DNA of 31,509 nucleotides from Candidatus Enterousia sp. (GTDB lineage Bacteria; Pseudomonadota; Alphaproteobacteria; Rs-D84): NCBI GenBank assembly GCA_045613785.1, contig JAZLBQ010000010.1, positions 1 to 31,509 of the forward strand, read 5' to 3'. Shown piece by piece: positions 26,806 to 31,509 of this stretch (position 1 is its first letter; each line of letters starts with the position of its first letter). The notes under the pieces were generated by a model. It saw only the letters and a program-made list of their open reading frames with translations, ran no database searches and was not told where the DNA came from. The position numbers and the translations under genes were made by a program.

Positions 26806-27015
26806 ATGTGTGATTATTTAAATTCTTGTCCGTACGAAAGAAAGTTAGAGTGCAAAGAAACAGAACGTCATGATGAATTTTATCGTCAGATGTCAGAGGC
26901 AATGTTGGCAAATGCACCTGTTTATTTTTTAACAGGTAGTCGCTGTCCAGCAAGTTCAGTCAATTGTATTAAATTGCGTGAATATAGAGCTAGACAATTA
27001 CAAAAGCAAAGATAA
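26806..27015 (+). CDS. Small four-Cys protein B (69 aa, ends QKQR)
   Basis: AAGGT RBS, ATG at 26806; Cx7C-x30-Cx6C-x15; stop is 6 nt before the rimM ATG. Confidence 0.78.
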   Translation: MCDYLNSCPYERKLECKETERHDEFYRQMSEAMLANAPVYFLTGSRCPASSVNCIKLREYRARQLQKQR

Positions 27016-27021
27016 GATAAT

Positions 27022-27486
27022 ATGAACGAACAAAATTTGATTTTAGTTGGTAAAATCGTCGCCCCCCAGGGTATTCGTGGCGAAGTGCGTGTGCAGTCTT
27101 TTGCAGACAAACCAAGCGATTTCAAAAAACTGACGGTTCTTAGTCAGCGTTTCGGTGTCGATGATTTTGAATTTGTTCGTGTTGTTCCTAATTCAAATGT
27201 TGTAATTGCAAAAATTCGTAACGTTGTTGACCGTAATATGGCAGAAACTTTGCGTGGAACAGAATTGTTCGTTGAACGTAATTCCCTGCCCCCAGTTAAA
27301 GATGGTGAATATTATCAGGCGGACTTGATAGGTTTTTCTGTTGTTCGTGATGGTAATGTAATTGGCACTGTTTCTTGTTTTCAGAATTTTGGTGCAGGTG
27401 ATATTATCGAATTAGATAATGGGGATATGGTGTCTTTCGTTGGTGCAACGGTAGATGCAGAAAAAAGACTTATACAGGTAAGATAA
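27022..27486 (+). CDS. rimM: Ribosome maturation factor RimM
   Basis: VGKIVAPQGIRGEVRV, DRNMAETLRG, EYYQADLIG, NFGAGDIIE; operon context. Confidence 0.94.
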   Translation: MNEQNLILVGKIVAPQGIRGEVRVQSFADKPSDFKKLTVLSQRFGVDDFEFVRVVPNSNVVIAKIRNVVDRNMAETLRGTELFVERNSLPPVKDGEYYQADLIGFSVVRDGNVIGTVSCFQNFGAGDIIELDNGDMVSFVGATVDAEKRLIQVR

Positions 27487-27487
27487 A

Positions 27488-27757
27488 ATGAAAGAACAAA
27501 AAAATGATGGGTTTAGTATCGCAAGTTCTTGGGGAATGGTTGTTGTTGCTTGCCCTGCCCCAAAACCTGGGTGCAAACTGCGTCGCTATATCGCAGAAAA
27601 TCCTACTGTTGCAAAAATAATCGAAACGCCTGGTGATGATGTTATTAGTTTTCGAACACTGGGTAAAACTAATGAAATTGCTAATAAAACACCAATTTTG
27701 TATGATGTAGCCAAAGAGCTATGCGAGTTTTGTTTGCAACAACAAAAGCAAAAGTAA
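27488..27757 (+). CDS. Small four-Cys protein C (89 aa, ends QKQK)
   Basis: Starts 1 nt after the rimM stop and ends 5 nt before trmD; CPx5C ... CxxC. Confidence 0.78.
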   Translation: MKEQKNDGFSIASSWGMVVVACPAPKPGCKLRRYIAENPTVAKIIETPGDDVISFRTLGKTNEIANKTPILYDVAKELCEFCLQQQKQK

Positions 27758-27762
27758 TAAAG

Positions 27763-28449
27763 ATGCATTTTAATATTCTGACAATCTTTCCAGAAATGTT
27801 TCCCGGCACTTTGTCGGGTGGTGTTGTTGGTCGGGCGTTGGAAAAAGGTATCTGGACCATGAATGTTGTAAATATTCGTGATTTTGCAATAAATAACTAT
27901 GGCAGTGTTGATGATACTCAGTTCGGTGGCGGGGCTGGTATGGTTATGCGTCCTGATGTGCTGGGGGCGGCGTTAGATTCTATTGAAAATCCAGGAAAAA
28001 TTATTTATTTTTCACCACGTGGCCCAACATTGAATCAAAAAATGGTTCATCAATTTGTTGCAAACCAAAATGCGACTTATACCCTGCTGTGTGGTCGATA
28101 TGAAGGAATTGATGAACGTGTAATTGAACACTATGGTATAATGGAGTTGTCTATTGGCGATTATATCTTGTCTGGGGGCGAGATTGCAGCACAAGTTTTT
28201 GTTGACAGTTGCGTTCGTCTGATGGATAATGTGGTTCACGGTGGTATTGATACTACCCAAAATGAAAGTTTCGAAATCGGCGGGTTGGAATGGCCGTTAT
28301 ATACCCGTCCGTCAGTATGCCGTGGACAAAGTGTCCCAGAAGTCCTGCTGTCCGGTCACCACGGCAATATCGAACGGTGGCGGAAACAACAATCGGTTGA
28401 CATAACAAAGGAACGTCGGCCGGATTTAATAAAGGAAAATGAAAAATGA
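27763..28449 (+). CDS. trmD: tRNA (guanine37-N1)-methyltransferase
   Basis: [56 protein letters not shown]; ATGA overlap with rplS. Confidence 0.97.
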   Translation: MHFNILTIFPEMFPGTLSGGVVGRALEKGIWTMNVVNIRDFAINNYGSVDDTQFGGGAGMVMRPDVLGAALDSIENPGKIIYFSPRGPTLNQKMVHQFVANQNATYTLLCGRYEGIDERVIEHYGIMELSIGDYILSGGEIAAQVFVDSCVRLMDNVVHGGIDTTQNESFEIGGLEWPLYTRPSVCRGQSVPEVLLSGHHGNIERWRKQQSVDITKERRPDLIKENEK

Positions 28450-28838
28450 GCATTATTAAAAAAATCGAAGCTGCCCAGGTTGCTAAACTGACGGGCGACA
28501 AAAAAATCCCAAACTTTAAGGCTGGGGATACATTGAAAGTTCACGTTAAAATTAAAGACGGCGACAAATTCCGTATCCAGGTTTTTGAAGGTGTTGTTAT
28601 CGCACGTGATGGCGGTATGGGAAATAATGCATCCTTTACAGTGCGTCGTGAATCATACGGTGTCGGTGTAGAACGTAAGTTCCCGCTGTATAGCCCTGCA
28701 ATCGAAAAGATTGAAAAGGTTCGTATTGGTAAAGTGCGTCGTGCAAAACTGTTCTTTTTGCGTGGTTTGTCAGGTAAGAAGGCACGTATTGTCGAAGACT
28801 TGGCGGCTGCATCTGCAGAAAAGGCAGCAAACAAATAA
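28446..28838 (+). CDS. rplS: 50S ribosomal protein L19
   Basis: [47 protein letters not shown]. Confidence 0.97.
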   Translation: MSIIKKIEAAQVAKLTGDKKIPNFKAGDTLKVHVKIKDGDKFRIQVFEGVVIARDGGMGNNASFTVRRESYGVGVERKFPLYSPAIEKIEKVRIGKVRRAKLFFLRGLSGKKARIVEDLAAASAEKAANK

Positions 28839-28858
28839 TTTTTATTTGTTAAAGTATC

Positions 28859-28886
28859 AAATCCCGTCACAAGACGGGATTTTTTT
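28859..28886 (+). terminator. Intrinsic terminator of the rpsP-rplS operon
   Basis: AAATCCCGTC-ACAA-GACGGGATTT followed by a T run. Confidence 0.85.
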
Positions 28887-29058
28887 ATTGCTGGAGATAT
28901 AATAATTTTTTGTCGAAAAAAGTGTTTTTTCAAAAAAAGCAAGAGATAAAAAATCTTGTCCAATAATTTTTTTTCTTGATTTTATTAAAAAACATAATTT
29001 TTTCACTTGTGCTGTATGGGGCAAATTTTCTAGAATAAACACAAAAGAGAGGAAGAAA

Positions 29059-31509
29059 ATGGGAAGAAAACGCAGTTTCCTGGGGTTTTTAGCTACTTTT
29101 GTAACGTTGTTTTGGGCAGCAAATTTGTTTGCTGCAACATATTCGTGCCCAGCACCTGATATAAATGGGTTGACAAGTAAGCGTCAATATGTCTCCTGCG
29201 TTGAGGGGCGTTATTTGACTGCAAGAGCTGCGGGTAATACGTGTGCGGAGTGTTCAAGTGCGAAAAATACGACCAGCACCAGAAGTGGGACGGAATCTTG
29301 TTCAAAGTCGTGTAGCATTGCAAATGGAACATGTACGTATTCTAATTGTACACAATCATATACGGATACGTGTAGTGGTTATTATACTGGTGGGCCTGCT
29401 AATAACACGGCTGTTGGTTCGACTAGTTGTACAGGTTGTTCTGCATATTCACGGACTAGCACGGGGACGTGTGGTGGTTGCACTATTAGTATTACCTGTA
29501 ATACTGGTTATACACTGTCTGGAAACACTTGCGTGGCGAACCAATACACTTGTTCTGCAGGTATGTATTTAGATGGCACAACTTGTAAAAATTGTGCGGC
29601 TGGTAATTATTGTCCTGGTGGAACATGGACGTATAATGGTGGTATTCAAGGGCTGAGATTGTGTCCTATTGAATTCCCAAAGAGTGATTCTGGTTCGACA
29701 TCGGAAAACAGTTGTTATAAAGACTGTTCCAAGTCGTGTACTCAACAATCGTATCCAGCAGGTGCGTATACTGTGACACATGGTTCCGGTTCTACATCAG
29801 GAAGACATTATAATGGTGGCACATGTAATGCTGGAGCGACATTGTGTCCAATAACAATAACCAGTTGTTGGGATGGATACTATAAAAACGGAAATGCGTG
29901 TTTGTTGTGTAGTAGTTTGGGCGATAAAACTTATACGTCTTCTGCATTAGGTAATGATTCTGGAGAATCGGCGTGTTACAAATCATGTTCAGCATATGAT
30001 TCTGGCGGATATCGCTATACACCAAAAGCAACAACTGTATATTATAATAATAGTTGTGAATATACATCAGCGTGTATAACACCTTGTTCGTCTCTTTCAA
30101 ATACGTCAAGCACTCAAAACTGCACTCGGGCGTGCTCTGTTGCGAATGGTTTCTGTTCATATACTGGTTCAACCCAGACATGTAATGGCAAATATACATC
30201 AGGTGGCTGTTCGTCGGCTGGTGCAACATGTTCAGGCTGTTCATCATGGGGAGCTTGTTCTGGTGGAACGATTAGCATAACGTGTAATTCTGGCTATCAT
30301 TTATCTGATGGTGCTTGCCCTGAAAATGATTATACCGTTGTCTATAATGCAAATGGAGGAACAGGAACAACAGCGTCCAGTTCTCATAAATATGCAACAG
30401 CCAAGGCATTGACAACAAATGGATTTAGCAGAACAGGTCATACGTTTGAAGGTTGGGCGACATCTGCAACAGGCAGCGTTGTGTATTCGGATGGTCAAAT
30501 CGTTTCAGAATTGACAACCCAAAACAACGGGACGGTAAATTTGTATGCAGTGTGGCAGCCAAATAAAATAACTATTGTGTATGATGGTAATGGACAAACA
30601 AGCGGTTCGGTCGCAAATCAAACATGTTATTATGATCAGGATTGTATCATTAAAGGTCAAGGCGATTTGTTGAAAACTGATTTTGTATTTGATAATTGGC
30701 TAGTGCCGACTTCTGGTGGACTGTATTATGCAAGAAAAGAAGGCGATAATATTAAAGACGATCTTAAAATAATTACGACTGGCGGAACTGTGACTTTGAA
30801 GGCTCGCTGGTATCGTGAATACACAAGAATCGACCTGGGGGATAACAGTGGCAGTGGTGGTAGTGGCACAATTTATTTGAAATACGAACTAACTGGGGGG
30901 CTATATAATGGTCATAGAGTCACGTTGACGGATTCTAATAAGGCAGATATAACGTCTGTTAAGATACCGACACGTTCCGGATATCGTTTTGATGGATATG
31001 AGTATGATACTTGTGAATTTTCTGATGCCTCTACTTGTTTTTTACAATATGGAACTACCGAACATTGGGAAAAACTTATCAAGGCTGACGGAACATTGAA
31101 TAATCCAGATGAAACATTTGGATACAATGGTCAACAGGGATACCGGACAGCCAGAGCCAAATGGACGGCGTGCACGGCCTGCTCTGCTGGGGCTGGTGCG
31201 ACATGTTCGTTGTCTGTATCCGGTAATGTCTGCACATATACAACAAGCTGTAAGACAGGTTATAACAGCATTGTAAATGGTGGTAAATATAACCCAAGCT
31301 GCACCGCCAATACATATACTGTAAAGTATGATGCAAATGGTGGAACAGGCACAACAGCACAAAGCAGTCATACATATGATGTAGAAAAAGCATTGACAGC
31401 AAATGCATTTACACGCAGTGGGTATACGTTCAGTGGTTGGGCAACGTCTGCAACAGGTTCGGTTGCTGCTTACGGCAATAGTGAAAAAGTAAAGAATCTG
31501 ACTACAACT
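29059..31509 (+). CDS. Large secreted Cys-rich surface protein with InlB B-repeat (Listeria-Bacteroides) domains, 3'-truncated and absent from the ORF track
   Basis: Read manually: GAGG RBS, ATG at 29059, signal peptide MGRKRSFLGFLATFVTLFWAANLFA, no stop to the window end (817 codons); CAAGNYCPGG and YTVVYNANGGTG...FEGW...LYAVW motifs. Confidence 0.9.
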   Translation, partial: MGRKRSFLGFLATFVTLFWAANLFAATYSCPAPDINGLTSKRQYVSCVEGRYLTARAAGNTCAECSSAKNTTSTRSGTESCSKSCSIANGTCTYSNCTQSYTDTCSGYYTGGPANNTAVGSTSCTGCSAYSRTSTGTCGGCTISITCNTGYTLSGNTCVANQYTCSAGMYLDGTTCKNCAAGNYCPGGTWTYNGGIQGLRLCPIEFPKSDSGSTSENSCYKDCSKSCTQQSYPAGAYTVTHGSGSTSGRHYNGGTCNAGATLCPITITSCWDGYYKNGNACLLCSSLGDKTYTSSALGNDSGESACYKSCSAYDSGGYRYTPKATTVYYNNSCEYTSACITPCSSLSNTSSTQNCTRACSVANGFCSYTGSTQTCNGKYTSGGCSSAGATCSGCSSWGACSGGTISITCNSGYHLSDGACPENDYTVVYNANGGTGTTASSSHKYATAKALTTNGFSRTGHTFEGWATSATGSVVYSDGQIVSELTTQNNGTVNLYAVWQPNKITIVYDGNGQTSGSVANQTCYYDQDCIIKGQGDLLKTDFVFDNWLVPTSGGLYYARKEGDNIKDDLKIITTGGTVTLKARWYREYTRIDLGDNSGSGGSGTIYLKYELTGGLYNGHRVTLTDSNKADITSVKIPTRSGYRFDGYEYDTCEFSDASTCFLQYGTTEHWEKLIKADGTLNNPDETFGYNGQQGYRTARAKWTACTACSAGAGATCSLSVSGNVCTYTTSCKTGYNSIVNGGKYNPSCTANTYTVKYDANGGTGTTAQSSHTYDVEKALTANAFTRSGYTFSGWATSATGSVAAYGNSEKVKNLTTT
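30331..31509 (+). repeat. InlB B-type repeats: similar copies at about 30331-30555 and 31315-end, two degenerate copies between
   Basis: YTVVYNANGGTGTTASSSHKYATAKALTTNGFSRTGHTFEGWATSATGSV versus YTVKYDANGGTGTTAQSSHTYDVEKALTANAFTRSGYTFSGWATSATGSV. Confidence 0.8.

Noticed and set aside
1-31509. Stop-codon reassignment, inteins or CRISPR arrays
   Set aside because: Core genes are full length with TAA/TGA ends (TAG on two orphans), dnaE has normal length, and there are no regularly spaced direct repeats.

Overview
Chromosomal segment of a compact, moderately AT-rich bacterium. Most genes lie on the + strand, and nothing contradicts the standard bacterial code. Alphaproteobacterial affinity is inferred from the PraR/PhrR-type XRE regulator, the CTTGAA-N15-ACTATAT RpoH-like promoter and the DnaK/S16 sequences; it is possibly a host-associated Rs-D84/'Enterousia'-like lineage (unverified). 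Housekeeping genes: secA, dnaE, rsmH, gpmI, tadA, rsmD, rplY, dnaK, pfk, a LysM protein, tRNA-Gly(CCC) and rpsP-rimM-trmD-rplS. They are interleaved with uncharacterised secreted Cys-rich proteins (truncated large ones at both window ends) and a tandemly duplicated small-protein plus 31-aa-repeat protein cassette. Best candidate for an undescribed system: four proteins with a four-Cys arrangement, all ending in Q-K-[SQ]-[KR]-stop. Three are small genes inserted in the rpsP operon and one is fused to an acyl-carrier-protein-like domain. Also notable: the tRNA-Gly has an A73 discriminator instead of the bacterial U73, and tadA/rsmD look like two leaderless genes sharing one symmetric promoter. 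No mobile element, CRISPR array or reverse transcriptase was seen.
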